NCBI GenBank assembly: GCA_965248925.1
Contig: CBDFLE010000006.1
Coordinates: 3,232,001 to 3,296,000 of the forward strand
DNA length: 64,000 bases
Direction of reading: 5' to 3'
Source: Candidatus Multivoradales bacterium
Lineage (GTDB): Bacteria > Acidobacteriota > Thermoanaerobaculia > Multivoradales > J023
The number at the start of each line of letters is the position of its first letter. Position 1 is the first letter of the stretch. The position numbers and the translations under genes were made by a program. The notes beneath the pieces were generated by a model. The model saw nothing but the letters and a program-made list of their open reading frames with translations, was not told the origin of the DNA and made no database searches. Positions 20,347 through 30,443 of this stretch are shown one piece after another.

Positions 20347-21279
20347 ATGAGTTTGTTGCTGGAGATTTTTGTTTGTCTACTGATCGCGGCGCTCCTGGGC
20401 GGCATCATCGGCTGGTTGCTGCGCAGTTTGAACGCCCGGCGCCAGGTTGAGGAGACCGAGGCCGAGTGGCAGGAGAGGCTGGGAGTGGTGGAAGAAGAGA
20501 GTCGCTCTTTGCGCACCGAACTCAGCGAGCAGATGGCGCGCAGCAAGTTGCTGGACAGCGATCTCTCCACCGCCGACGAGCGGCTCGCTTCGATCGACGG
20601 AGAGCTAGAGGCGGCGCGAGCCGAGACCGAGCAAGAGAAGCAGCGCTGTAGCGATCACCGAGCCAATCTATCCCAGCTCGAAAGCGAGTGGAAAAGCAAA
20701 CTCGGCAAGCTGACATCAACTCGCGAAGAAGCGGTCACCGAACTCGCCGAGCATGCCGCCCTGCTGGGCAAGTTGCGGGCAGATCTGGCGGATCGGGCGG
20801 GCCTGTTGGAGAGGTTGCGCCAAGAGTTGCGCTCGAAAGACGAAAAGCTCGGCCTGCAATCCGGTCAATTGGTCGAGCTGCGGGCTGATTTGGCGGGAGC
20901 CTCGAGCCAAGACCCCTCCGCGGATGGCGAAGTGGCTCGCTTAAGCTCGGCACTCCAGGCTCGGGAGACTCGCCTCGGTGAGCTTGAGATCGCCTTGGCC
21001 GAGTGCCGCAGACAACATGAGACCGCCGAGATCGAGGTGCCGTTGGCCAAATACGGCCTCACCGCGCCACCGGCCGATGGGATCGATGATCTGAAACGTA
21101 TTCGGGGTATCGGCAAGGTACTAGAGAAGATGCTGCTCGGACTGGGGATCTACAAGTTCCGCCAAATCGCAGCTTGGAATGAGCAGGATATCGAAGTGGT
21201 CTCGGATCGGCTCAACGCCTTCCACGGTCGCATCAGCCGCGATGGCTGGGTCGACCAGGCGCGGCAGTTGATCGACTGA
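20347..21279 (+). CDS. TM + coiled-coil + C-terminal helix-hairpin-helix domain protein
   Basis: RBS AAGGAG; DDLKRIRGIG...LGIYKFRQIAAW...GWVDQA. Confidence 0.8.
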   Translation: MSLLLEIFVCLLIAALLGGIIGWLLRSLNARRQVEETEAEWQERLGVVEEESRSLRTELSEQMARSKLLDSDLSTADERLASIDGELEAARAETEQEKQRCSDHRANLSQLESEWKSKLGKLTSTREEAVTELAEHAALLGKLRADLADRAGLLERLRQELRSKDEKLGLQSGQLVELRADLAGASSQDPSADGEVARLSSALQARETRLGELEIALAECRRQHETAEIEVPLAKYGLTAPPADGIDDLKRIRGIGKVLEKMLLGLGIYKFRQIAAWNEQDIEVVSDRLNAFHGRISRDGWVDQARQLID

Positions 21280-21301
21280 GTCGCGTCTACCTCAGCGGCT
21301 G

Positions 21302-21903
21302 CTAGTGCTCGGCGGCGGGCGGTTCGGCGCGCAGGCGTTTGAGGTTCTCGCTGAGGAGAACCCTGTCGGGCTCCAGTTCGAGTCCCCTCTCTAGGGCTGA
21401 AATGGCCGCCTGCCGGTCGCCCATCAAGAAAGCTACGTTAGAGCGGTACTGCTGCACCAGGGCAAGTTCGGGCGCTTGCCGCTCTGCCTCATCGAGCAAT
21501 CTCTGTGCCTCTGGGGGTGGCCGAAGAGATGGGAGGTCGAATCGGTGCCTTCGATGTAGATCATGCCCAGGTCCGGCTGCTCCGTCCGCCACAGCTCGAG
21601 GCCGATGTCGCGATAGCTGCCGGCGGTGGCGTAGGCCCATTTGAAATGCCCCAGATCGTTCTCGAAATCAAACGGCTGCTCAAACTTTTCGCGGCTGACG
21701 TCGATGAAAGTAGAGAGTTCTTGCCAACTCAGATCGCCGACCGGCGGACCAGCGGGGCGATCCGTTCGATCAGTTCTGGCGGCCAGGTCTTGGCTTCTTG
21801 ATCCGAGCCGCCGGTGAAACCTTCGCCGAAGAGGAAGTGATAGGCGGTATGGTCGCTGACTATCGCGCCTTTGACTTCCTCCGGTGGCCAGGTCGCCCAC
21901 CAA
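21302..21903 (-). pseudogene. Remnant of an AlkP/nucleotide pyrophosphatase-TPR gene
   Basis: WWATWPPEEVKGAIVSD and IYIEGTDSTSHLFGH fragments in different frames, joined abruptly to a TPR tail; no start or signal. Confidence 0.7.
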
Positions 21904-22017
21904 TTTCGCTGCATGTCAGTCACGCTATGTCGAAGTGTGGGGCGGGTCAAGCCCACCCCGGTGGGTCGATGCGATCAATCAGTGGCCAACCGTTGGCCGG
22001 TACCGTCGTCTAAACCC

Positions 22018-22587
22018 ATGATGCGAGACGAAGCCCAACTGATCGAACGTGCCCAGGCGGGCGACCCGAACGCATTTCGCCAGCTGGTGGAGGCACACAG
22101 CCGAGATACCTTTCGCTTGGCTTTTCGCCTCAGGGGTGATCATGCGTTGGCCGACGACATCGTCCAGGACAGTTTCCTCAAGGCCTACCGGGCGCTCGCC
22201 CGTTTCGATGCTCGCAGTCGTTTTGGCACCTGGCTGCACCGCATCACAGCCAACTGCGCCATGGATCAGTCGCGCCGCCGGCAGCGTGAGAAGGCCCGCT
22301 ACCAGCCGCTCGAAGACCCGTCGCAGCACCTCCCAGTTGAAGCCGAGCCCGGGCCCGAGAGGCGTGCTCGCAGCAACGAGATCCAACAGCGGGTGGAGGC
22401 GGCATTGGCCGGGCTCAGTCCGGCGGAGCGTACCGCCTTTGTGCTGCGCCACTACGAGAACCAGTCGATCGCTCAGATCAGCCACACCTTGGGTGCCGGT
22501 GTCAGCGCTACCAAACACGCTGTTTTCAGGGCGGTCAAGAAACTACGCCGTGAACTCGGACCGCTGCGGGAGCAAGGCTATGCATGA
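22018..22587 (+). CDS. ECF sigma-70 factor
   Basis: DIVQDSFLKAY, FGTWLHRITAN, LSPAERTAFVLRH, region 4 HTH. Confidence 0.93.
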   Translation: MMRDEAQLIERAQAGDPNAFRQLVEAHSRDTFRLAFRLRGDHALADDIVQDSFLKAYRALARFDARSRFGTWLHRITANCAMDQSRRRQREKARYQPLEDPSQHLPVEAEPGPERRARSNEIQQRVEAALAGLSPAERTAFVLRHYENQSIAQISHTLGAGVSATKHAVFRAVKKLRRELGPLREQGYA

Positions 22588-23380
22588 GATTTCCGAAGAA
22601 GATCTGATTCTGTACTACTTCGGCGAGGCTGAAGACATGGCAGGCATCGAGCATCGTTTGCGCCAGTCGGGGGCGGATCGGGCGCGTTTTGAGGAATTGC
22701 GTCAGTTGCTCGAAACGACTCGCGAAGTGGCCGTGCCTGAACCGCCGCCGGATTACGGCGAGCATCTGTGGCAGAGGATCCAACCGCGCCTGGCCGAGCT
22801 CGAGCCGCAGCCCTGGTGGCAGGGCCAGCGCCGCCCGCGGCGCACCATCCAGCCCGTAAGGCAGCGCTGGATGGGTCTGGTGGCAGCCGTGGTGGTGGTC
22901 GCCGTGGCAGCTTTCTGGCTCGGTCGCCAGCTGGGCCCGACGCCCCTCGGGACTGAGCCCAGCATGGAGAGCGGTGCCGCTCAGGCTATCTTGGTGGCCG
23001 CACTGGTGGAGCATCTGGAGAGTTCCAGCCGCCTGCTCGTCGAACTAAGTAATAGCGCCGCGGACTTTGGCGGGCGAGATCTTGGGGTCGCCATCGAGCG
23101 CGCCGACGATCTACTGGCCGAAAACCGGCTCTACCGGCTGGCTAGTAGCGATCAGGCCAGCGCCGGCCTAATAACTCTGCTCGATGCTCTCGAACGCCTT
23201 TTGCTCGACCTCCGCCACGCCTCGGCGGTGGATCCAGCGCGGACTCTAGAACACCTCCGCCAGCGTATCGACAGCGAAGACCTACTTTTCAAGCTGCGAG
23301 TGAGCAGCGCCCGATTGAGCCCCTCCACGGTTCGCTTTTCCCAAGGAAAAAAGTCGGCTACATCTAAAGCCGATGTCTAG
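22580..23380 (+). CDS. Putative transmembrane anti-sigma factor
   Basis: MHEISEEDLILYYFGE..H degenerate zf-HC2, single TM, overlaps the sigma stop. Confidence 0.75.
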   Translation: MHEISEEDLILYYFGEAEDMAGIEHRLRQSGADRARFEELRQLLETTREVAVPEPPPDYGEHLWQRIQPRLAELEPQPWWQGQRRPRRTIQPVRQRWMGLVAAVVVVAVAAFWLGRQLGPTPLGTEPSMESGAAQAILVAALVEHLESSSRLLVELSNSAADFGGRDLGVAIERADDLLAENRLYRLASSDQASAGLITLLDALERLLLDLRHASAVDPARTLEHLRQRIDSEDLLFKLRVSSARLSPSTVRFSQGKKSATSKADV

Positions 23381-23396
23381 ATAGGAGATAGGAACG

Positions 23397-24635
23397 ATGA
23401 AAAGAAACTACTCTCAACGCTTTGGGTCGATGATGTCCATCGGCTTAGTCTTGAGCATCTTCGGGCTTGCCCTGCCTATTCTGGCATTGAGTGAAGAAGG
23501 TCTGGCTGCCGATACAGAAGCTCGTTCTGACGACCTCTACCGTGCCGGTCGCGACGCTCTCGAGGCCGGTGAGTGGCAGTCGGCAGTCGGCCTCTTCAGC
23601 AAGGTTGAAGAGAGCGGCAGCCATGCCGACGCGGCGCTTTACTGGATCGCCTATGCGCAACATCAAGGGGGTCGCGAGGAGCAAGCCCTGCGGACTCTCG
23701 ATCGCTTGCGCGAAAAGTCCCCCCAAAGCCGCTGGCTCGACGACGCCGAAGCGTTGGAAGTTGAATTGCGCGGCGTCGGCGAGGGGACAATCGATCCCGA
23801 TATCTTCGACGGCGACGAACTCAAGTTGTTGGCGCTCAACAGCCTGATGCATACCGATTCCGAGCGCGCCCTCGATCTACTCACCGGCATGCTCGAAGGT
23901 GATCATTCGCCGCAGCTCAAGGAACGCGCTCTTTTCGTGCTCAGTCAGAATTCATCGTCTCGGGCGACCAAGCTTTTGGCCCAGATCGCCACCGGCGGTG
24001 TCCATGGTGGGTTGAAAACCCAGGCGGTGCGAATGTTGGGGATCAGCGGCGGCGGTCGCGCGATCGAGCTGTTGCAGCAGATCTATCGCGACACGGCCGA
24101 CCCTGAAGTGCGGCGGGCAGTGCTCGAGAGCTACATGATCGCTGGTGCGGGGAAGGCGCTGGCTGTTGTAGCGCGTAGCGAGAAGAACCTCCAACTACGC
24201 CAACAAGCTATCCGTCTACTCGGTGCGAACGGCGATATGGGCTTGCTGGGTGAGCTCTGGTCCAATGACGCACCGGCGCCGATTCGGCAGTCGATTCTCG
24301 AAGGAATGATGATCGCTGGAGACCACGCTGGCTTGGTCAAGGTTGCTCTTCGCGAGTCCGATCCGGAGCTGCGTCGACACGCGATCGAGCTTCTCGGCGC
24401 GGTCGGAGGCAGTGAAGTCAGCGCTGCTCTGAGCCGCCTCTATCGGCAGAACACCGACCTCGAGACCCGCCGCGCGGTGATGCGGAGTTGGATGATCAGC
24501 GATGATGCCGAATCCCTGGTCAAGGTGGCCCGGAGCGAGCAGGATCCACAGCTGAAGCGCCAGGCGGTCGAGCTTCTGTCGGTGATGGATCAGCCGGAGG
24601 CTCGCGACTATATGTTGGAGCTGCTGGGGCAATGA
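23397..24635 (+). CDS. Exported TPR/HEAT repeat protein
   Basis: Signal peptide; ADAALYWIAYA TPR; repeated 'DPELRRHAIELLG' HEAT units. Confidence 0.85.
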   Translation: MKRNYSQRFGSMMSIGLVLSIFGLALPILALSEEGLAADTEARSDDLYRAGRDALEAGEWQSAVGLFSKVEESGSHADAALYWIAYAQHQGGREEQALRTLDRLREKSPQSRWLDDAEALEVELRGVGEGTIDPDIFDGDELKLLALNSLMHTDSERALDLLTGMLEGDHSPQLKERALFVLSQNSSSRATKLLAQIATGGVHGGLKTQAVRMLGISGGGRAIELLQQIYRDTADPEVRRAVLESYMIAGAGKALAVVARSEKNLQLRQQAIRLLGANGDMGLLGELWSNDAPAPIRQSILEGMMIAGDHAGLVKVALRESDPELRRHAIELLGAVGGSEVSAALSRLYRQNTDLETRRAVMRSWMISDDAESLVKVARSEQDPQLKRQAVELLSVMDQPEARDYMLELLGQ

Positions 24636-24669
24636 GGGGGCACAGACGAAGGCGCGGCGCGTTGATCTA

Positions 24670-25311
24670 GTGCCGGTTGGCCTGATCTTGGTGTTGATCA
24701 TCCTGGCCGCGAGCGCTGCCGCGGAGCCGCCGCCGATAGAGGGCGCAGAGCTTGAGGTGCGGGCGGCGGGCGAGCTAGCGCCCACCTTGGACCGGGCATT
24801 GGCCGCGACTACTGAACCCTATTGGGTTGGCTGGTCGGTGCCGCGACTGGCAGGAACCGACACCATGTGTTGCTTCGACGGTCAACATTGGGGCTGCTCG
24901 CTCGATGGCAAACACCGCGGCCGTTCAACTCTCAGACGCCCCGATCCACCGTTGCACGGCCGGCTGGTGGTGTTGGCGCGGGCAACCGCGGTGGGTGGCA
25001 GTCGCTGGTGGGTGGTTTCCTCGGACTGTCCACTCGCGGGCGCGGGACAGCGAGTGGTGTGGCTCGAGGGCGCCGCGGTGGCCGACAGTGTCGCGACACT
25101 GGCCGCTTTGCTCGCCGATCGGCGGCACCAAGAAGCCTTGCCCGCGCTAGCCTGGCACCCTTCGTCTCGCGTCGATCCGCTACTCGAACAGTTCGCCGCC
25201 GAGGGAGTTACCGAGCGGTTGCGCCGCCAAGCCTTCTTCTGGCTCGGCGAATCCGGCGATCCGCGGGCGCTTGATTTCGTCGCCCAGGTCTTGGCGGTCG
25301 ATGGTCCTTGA
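24670..25311 (+). CDS. Exported HEAT-repeat-containing protein
   Basis: Signal peptide; LRRQAFFWLGESGDPRA. Confidence 0.7.
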   Translation: MPVGLILVLIILAASAAAEPPPIEGAELEVRAAGELAPTLDRALAATTEPYWVGWSVPRLAGTDTMCCFDGQHWGCSLDGKHRGRSTLRRPDPPLHGRLVVLARATAVGGSRWWVVSSDCPLAGAGQRVVWLEGAAVADSVATLAALLADRRHQEALPALAWHPSSRVDPLLEQFAAEGVTERLRRQAFFWLGESGDPRALDFVAQVLAVDGP

Positions 25312-25320
25312 GGGTGAGTC

Positions 25321-26763
25321 TCAGGGACTTCCCACGGAGGCTGTTCTGCTGCTCTCGTGGCCGACCAGGAAGGTGTCGGCTCGGGACAGCTCCTTGGCCA
25401 GGTTCCAGCCTTTCTTGACCGCCGACAGATTGACTTGGCCGGTGGCCAGGGCGGCGCCGAGCTTGAGGTAGGTGCGAGCCTTGCCGCGCATCTGATAGCG
25501 CACCTCCAGGGAGTGGCGCCACAGCTTGGCGTACTCGTCGTAGAACTCCTCAAGGGGCAGCCGAGTGGGTAGTACCGAGTGGACGATGTCGAAGAGTTCC
25601 CAGTCGCGGGTGTTGACCTTGCTTTCGACCTCGCTCCACAGATCGGTGCCGGGCAGGGGGGTGAGCACCGAGAAGCCGCTGTTGTAGGTGCCGTGCAGGC
25701 TGATCCACTCCTTCAGCTTGGTGAAATCGTCGTAACCCCAGTCCGGATCGACGATGAAGTTGCAGGTGAAGCCGACCCCTAGATCTTTCAAGATCTCGAT
25801 CGCCCGGACGTTGTTCGAGGCGCTGTTCTTCTTGTTGACCGAAGCCAGCCCGGCGTCGTCAACTTTCTCGACCCCGAGGAAAATCGCCAGCTCGCCGCAG
25901 TCCTTCCACATCTCGACCAGCTCGGGGAACTTGCAGATGATGTCGGTGCGGGTCTGGACGGTGAAGAACTTGCGCATCCCGGAGGCCTTGATCTGCCGCG
26001 CCATCTCTCTGCCGCGGTTGACGTTCATCCAGAAGATATCGTCGGTGATGAAGACGTTAGGGGCCTCGATGGTGGCCAGCTCGCGCACCACCTGCTCGGG
26101 CGATTTCTCGCGAAAGGTCGACTCGTGGAATTTCCACACCGAGCAGAAATTGCATTTGAACGGGCAGCCGCGGGCGGTTTCCATTAGCGCCAACGGCTTG
26201 CGGAAGTTGATGTAGTAATGCGGCGCGTAGTCGCGAATCAGGTGACGGGCCGGCAACGGCAGCTCATCGAGCTCACGGCGGGCCGGCGCGTGTCCGGTGG
26301 CCACCGGGCCGTCGCTGGTGTTGAGCACCAGGCCGGGAACCTTCGACAGGTCGCGGTCGCCTTCCAGCGCGTCGACCATTGCCGGCATGATCTCCTCGCC
26401 GTCACCGATCGCCAGTGCGTCGACGGCCGCATCGAGGAACCAATGGGGATCTCGCGAGACGTCATGGCCGCCGAGCACCAGCACCGTCTCGGGCAGCCGC
26501 CGCTTGATCGCTCGAGCCAGCTCGCGGGTGCGAAAGCGCTCGGTGGTGAAATTGCACTGCAGCCCCACCAGCTCAGGCTCGAAGGCGACACACTTCTCGA
26601 TTCCGCCCTCCATGCCCTCGAGTCGAAAGTCGAGGATCTGGCAGCTATGTCCATCCGGTTCCAGGGCTCCGGCGACACACTCCAACCCCAGCGGCTCGAC
26701 AAAGGTGATCATCTCCAGGCCGAGAATGCCCGAACTCGGTGGCTTGAGCAGCGAAACGCGCAT
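25321..26763 (-). CDS. Cobalamin-binding radical SAM methyltransferase, HpnR-like
   Basis: EPLGLECVAGAL, VLGGH, RGCPFKCNFC, DDIF, LTPLPGT. Confidence 0.85.
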   Translation of the reverse strand: MRVSLLKPPSSGILGLEMITFVEPLGLECVAGALEPDGHSCQILDFRLEGMEGGIEKCVAFEPELVGLQCNFTTERFRTRELARAIKRRLPETVLVLGGHDVSRDPHWFLDAAVDALAIGDGEEIMPAMVDALEGDRDLSKVPGLVLNTSDGPVATGHAPARRELDELPLPARHLIRDYAPHYYINFRKPLALMETARGCPFKCNFCSVWKFHESTFREKSPEQVVRELATIEAPNVFITDDIFWMNVNRGREMARQIKASGMRKFFTVQTRTDIICKFPELVEMWKDCGELAIFLGVEKVDDAGLASVNKKNSASNNVRAIEILKDLGVGFTCNFIVDPDWGYDDFTKLKEWISLHGTYNSGFSVLTPLPGTDLWSEVESKVNTRDWELFDIVHSVLPTRLPLEEFYDEYAKLWRHSLEVRYQMRGKARTYLKLGAALATGQVNLSAVKKGWNLAKELSRADTFLVGHESSRTASVGSP

Positions 26764-26966
26764 GGGAACTCCTTTTGCGGCCTGCCGTAAGTCGTCCCGA
26801 GGCAGTGCTCGGTCCGGCGGCGCCTACCACGGCACAGCGGCAGAGTCTTGTTGAGTAACGCCAGCAATTAGAGCAAGGTGGGCCAGGGGGCGTCAAGTTG
26901 ATCGGGCGGCCAGATTCCACGGCAGCCGGCAGCTCGTTGCTCATCAAACCTCAGGCGTCGCTGCTC

Positions 26967-29402
26967 TCAGCCGGCCAGAGGCTCGGCAATACCGGTCTTG
27001 TCGACCGACCAAGGTACCCACACCAAGCCCAGGCGGACCACCGCGATGTCGCTTTTTCTGGGGCTCAGCGGCAGGTGCTCTAGCTGGTGCTCGGTGGGCT
27101 GGGTGGTTTGCTGTAGTTCGAAGCTCTTTTCTTGGAATTCGGCTTCCAGGGCTTGGAGCTTTTCCTGGTACTCGCGGACCTGCTCTTCGGCCCGCCTGAC
27201 GTCGTCTTTCTCTTTACCGATGCGGCCAAAGCTGCGCATGCTGGTCGACGCCCGGCCGACGTTGGAGCGGCTGCCCAGTTTGCGGCCGAACATGGCACCG
27301 AGCAGGGTGGAGCCGATCGAGATCATGGTCGACATCTTCTGCTGAGAGTGTTGGGAGCGCTGTACGTCGACTTTGTCCTCTGCTCGGGCTTTCTGGCTCT
27401 CGATCCGCTCTATCTTGGGAGCGTATTGCTTTTGCAACTTGGCCTTGTCCAGGTCGCGCTGCTCGCGGGCCACCTGGGTCAGGCGGATGCGGAAATCGCC
27501 CTCGCTCTCTCCCGGCTTCGACAGGGTCTTCAGTGCTTTGCATTTCCACAGGTTCATCGGCCGGCGGCGATAGAGGTAGCTGATCAGCTCTTTCTTCCAT
27601 GCCGTGTACTGCTTGGCCTTGCCGGCGGCGCTGGGCAGCTCGGCGAAGCTGGCGCTGTTTTCGGGCTCCGGGTCGGTGTCGAATTCCGCTGCATCGAGTG
27701 CGCTGGCGCCCTCCCACGGGTCGAGCACGCTGGTGCTCGACAGCGGTGCCAGGTAGGCGGCCGACTCCCATAGGTCGACCTGGTAGGACATTCGGACATA
27801 GTGCAGCCGGACGGTGCAGGCCAGGGCCGGCCGGTAGACCAAGCGCGAGCCTCCGGGTAGGTGCCTTTGTTGGCTGAGGAAGGCTTCTTCCGCTGCTGCC
27901 GGCACTAAAGGGCGTTTGGCGGGCTCGGGCTCGTTGAGCACGGCCGCGGGGCTGGCGGCTGGAGCTGACTCGGTTGAAGCCGCAGCGGCGATGGTGGCCT
28001 TGCGGTCCTTCATCAGACGTTGGATCTGGCCGCGGGTCAGAGGGCCGCGCAAGTAGGACATCGCCCAGCGAGTGTGCATCACCACCGGGGCGCCTTCATG
28101 GACGTTGTGCAGCATGAAGACCCGGCTGTCGAGTCCCGACAGGATGGCCTCGGTCGAGGAACGGTCGAACCCGCCCTGGGCGGCACCTTCGAGCCCGTCG
28201 AGCACCCGCGCCTTGTCGCGCTCGGTCTGTAGCCGGCCGAGGAACCAGGTGCCGGTGTTCGACAGCGCCTTGTAGTCCAAGTCGACCGGATTCTGGGTGG
28301 CCAGCATGACTCCCAGGCCATAGGCGCGAGCTTGCTTCAAGAGAGTCAGCAGAGGGATCTTCGAGGGTGGGTTGGCGGTCGGTGGCAGGTAGCCGAAGAC
28401 CTCGTCCATGTAGAGCAACGCCCGCAAGCTGGTGGTGCCCGACTGGCCTCGCATCCAAGACACGATCTCGCTGAGCAGCAGGGTGACGAAGAACATCCGC
28501 TCGGCGTCCGACAGGTGGGCGATCGACAGGATGGTCAACCGCGGCTTGCCCTCGGCGGTCCACAGCAAGCGCTGTATGTCCAGCGGCTCGCCTTCCATCC
28601 AGGCGGCGAACCCGGGGGAGGCGAGTAGGTTGTTGAGCAGCAAGGACAGCTTCATGCGGTCGCCGACCGGGTAGAAGGTGTCGAGTTCCAGGATACCGAC
28701 GCGGTTGAAAGGAGGCTGCTGAATCTCGCGGATCAGGTCGGCCAGTTCCAGATCGCGCCCTTCCTGCCAGGCGTGGTGGAGGATGTTGGAGATCAGGATG
28801 TGCTCGCGGCTCTGAATCGGATCGGCGTCGATTCCGAGCAGGGCTAGTAATCCTGAAACCGAACCGAGGATGCGTTCGCGCAGTGCGTCGCTGTCTTCGA
28901 GTACCGCCGCCGACGGCGCACTAAAACTGCTCAGCACCTTGAGCTGCAAGCCAGCGTTCGAGCCCGGGGTGTAGATCGCTACATCGACGGCGTCGCGATA
29001 GCGAGCGATGCGGGCGCCGTCTTGGCCCCACTGACCGAGGCCCTCGCGCCACAGTTCGGCGACGCTATTGGCGTATTGCTCGGGGCTCTGGCCTTTGCGC
29101 GAAGCCTCGCCGTCGTCCACCCAAGGGCGGAAGTCTTCCGGCCGCAGCTCGGGGAAGGCCAGCATGAGATTGCCGAGGTCGCCCTTGGGATCGATGCAGA
29201 TCGCCGGCACGCCGTCGAGGGCGGCCTCTTCCAACAGCGACAGGCAGAGGCCGGTCTTGCCGCTGCCGGTCATGCCGACGCAGACCGCGTGGGTGGTCAG
29301 ATCCTTGGCGTCGTATAACACCAGATCGTCTTCGACCTGACCGGCCCGCGGGTCGAAGGTCTTGCCAAGGTAGAATGCTCCCAGCTTCTCGTAGTTTTCC
29401 AT
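26967..29402 (-). CDS. HerA/FtsK-like ATPase (DUF87/DUF853-type)
   Basis: LTTHAVCVGMTGSGKTG, IDPKGD, LYMDEVFG, KQARAYG, ATQNPVDLDYK; coiled-coil tail. Confidence 0.88.
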   Translation of the reverse strand: MENYEKLGAFYLGKTFDPRAGQVEDDLVLYDAKDLTTHAVCVGMTGSGKTGLCLSLLEEAALDGVPAICIDPKGDLGNLMLAFPELRPEDFRPWVDDGEASRKGQSPEQYANSVAELWREGLGQWGQDGARIARYRDAVDVAIYTPGSNAGLQLKVLSSFSAPSAAVLEDSDALRERILGSVSGLLALLGIDADPIQSREHILISNILHHAWQEGRDLELADLIREIQQPPFNRVGILELDTFYPVGDRMKLSLLLNNLLASPGFAAWMEGEPLDIQRLLWTAEGKPRLTILSIAHLSDAERMFFVTLLLSEIVSWMRGQSGTTSLRALLYMDEVFGYLPPTANPPSKIPLLTLLKQARAYGLGVMLATQNPVDLDYKALSNTGTWFLGRLQTERDKARVLDGLEGAAQGGFDRSSTEAILSGLDSRVFMLHNVHEGAPVVMHTRWAMSYLRGPLTRGQIQRLMKDRKATIAAAASTESAPAASPAAVLNEPEPAKRPLVPAAAEEAFLSQQRHLPGGSRLVYRPALACTVRLHYVRMSYQVDLWESAAYLAPLSSTSVLDPWEGASALDAAEFDTDPEPENSASFAELPSAAGKAKQYTAWKKELISYLYRRRPMNLWKCKALKTLSKPGESEGDFRIRLTQVAREQRDLDKAKLQKQYAPKIERIESQKARAEDKVDVQRSQHSQQKMSTMISIGSTLLGAMFGRKLGSRSNVGRASTSMRSFGRIGKEKDDVRRAEEQVREYQEKLQALEAEFQEKSFELQQTTQPTEHQLEHLPLSPRKSDIAVVRLGLVWVPWSVDKTGIAEPLAG

Positions 29403-29588
29403 CTCCCGCCCCTTGACCAAAATCGTGGCCCGGTGGTGTGTATACGGCGCTCTTGCTGCTTGCTGGCTGAGTTTACCGAGCCGGAAGAGAGGCTTCAAAC
29501 TTATTGCTGCGGGAAACTCTCAAAGCCAGCGTCGGCGAGCGGTTCCAGACAGCATTCGGCACCCCAAGATCGTAGTAGAGGAGAGCCG

Positions 29589-30443
29589 ATGACCCTCGAT
29601 CCAAAGATCCACCAGGCCAACCGGCGGTCCTGGAACGCCGCCACGGGTGCCCACAACAGCCACAAACGCGACCAGGCGGCATTTCTGCGCCAGGGCGGGT
29701 CGACTCTATTTGCCGAAGAACTCGACTTGCTCGGTGAACTCGATGGCAAGAGGCTGGCCCATCTACTGTGTAACTGCGGCCAAGACACCCTCAGCCTGGC
29801 GAGTCAGGGCGCCAAAGCGGTGGGGGTGGACATCAGCGACCAAGCGATCGATTTTGCTCGCAAATTGGCGCGCGACAGTGGGCTCGATGGGACCTTCGTG
29901 CGCTCCGATGTCTATGACTGGCTGGCTGAGACAGCGGCCAGCGGCCAGCGATTCGAGGTCGTTTTCTGCTCCTACGGCGCGCTGGTCTGGTTGTCTGACC
30001 TCGCTGCCTGGGCGCGAGGTGTCGCGGCGATTCTCGAGCCGGATGGGATTTTTGCGACCGTCGAGTTTCACCCCCTTTTACTGATGTTGGAGCAAGACTG
30101 GACGCCGCGCCACCCCTACTTCGGTAGCGCCCAGGCGTTAAGGACCGATGGTGTGCCCGACTACGTTGCCGAGGTTGGCAGCGCCTTGGCTCCCTCCGGT
30201 TGGCAGCCCGGGGTGGTGGATTTTGTTAATCCCCATCCCGACTACACCTTTTCCTGGAGTCTGAGCCAAGTGATCAGCGCCTTGCTGGCTGCGGGGCTCA
30301 CTTTAGAGCGCTTCGAGGAGTATCCCTACAGCAACGGTGGTTACACCCTGCAAGGTATGGCGGCCGACGCCGAGGGTCGTTTCTGGCCGCCGCCGGGACG
30401 GCCGCAATGGCCCTTGATGTACGGCCTGCGGCTGCGGCGTTAG
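29589..30443 (+). CDS. Class I SAM-dependent methyltransferase
   Basis: HLLCNCGQDTLSLA, GVDIS, SYGALVW; RBS GAGGAG. Confidence 0.88.
   Translation: MTLDPKIHQANRRSWNAATGAHNSHKRDQAAFLRQGGSTLFAEELDLLGELDGKRLAHLLCNCGQDTLSLASQGAKAVGVDISDQAIDFARKLARDSGLDGTFVRSDVYDWLAETAASGQRFEVVFCSYGALVWLSDLAAWARGVAAILEPDGIFATVEFHPLLLMLEQDWTPRHPYFGSAQALRTDGVPDYVAEVGSALAPSGWQPGVVDFVNPHPDYTFSWSLSQVISALLAAGLTLERFEEYPYSNGGYTLQGMAADAEGRFWPPPGRPQWPLMYGLRLRR

Noticed and set aside
22049-22579. Long N-terminal extension of the anti-sigma ORF
   Set aside because: Overlaps the sigma gene out of frame; the ATG at 22580 fits better
26967-29402. HerA ATPase as an anti-phage or conjugation module
   Set aside because: No Sir2, NurA, nuclease or T4SS neighbour; stand-alone
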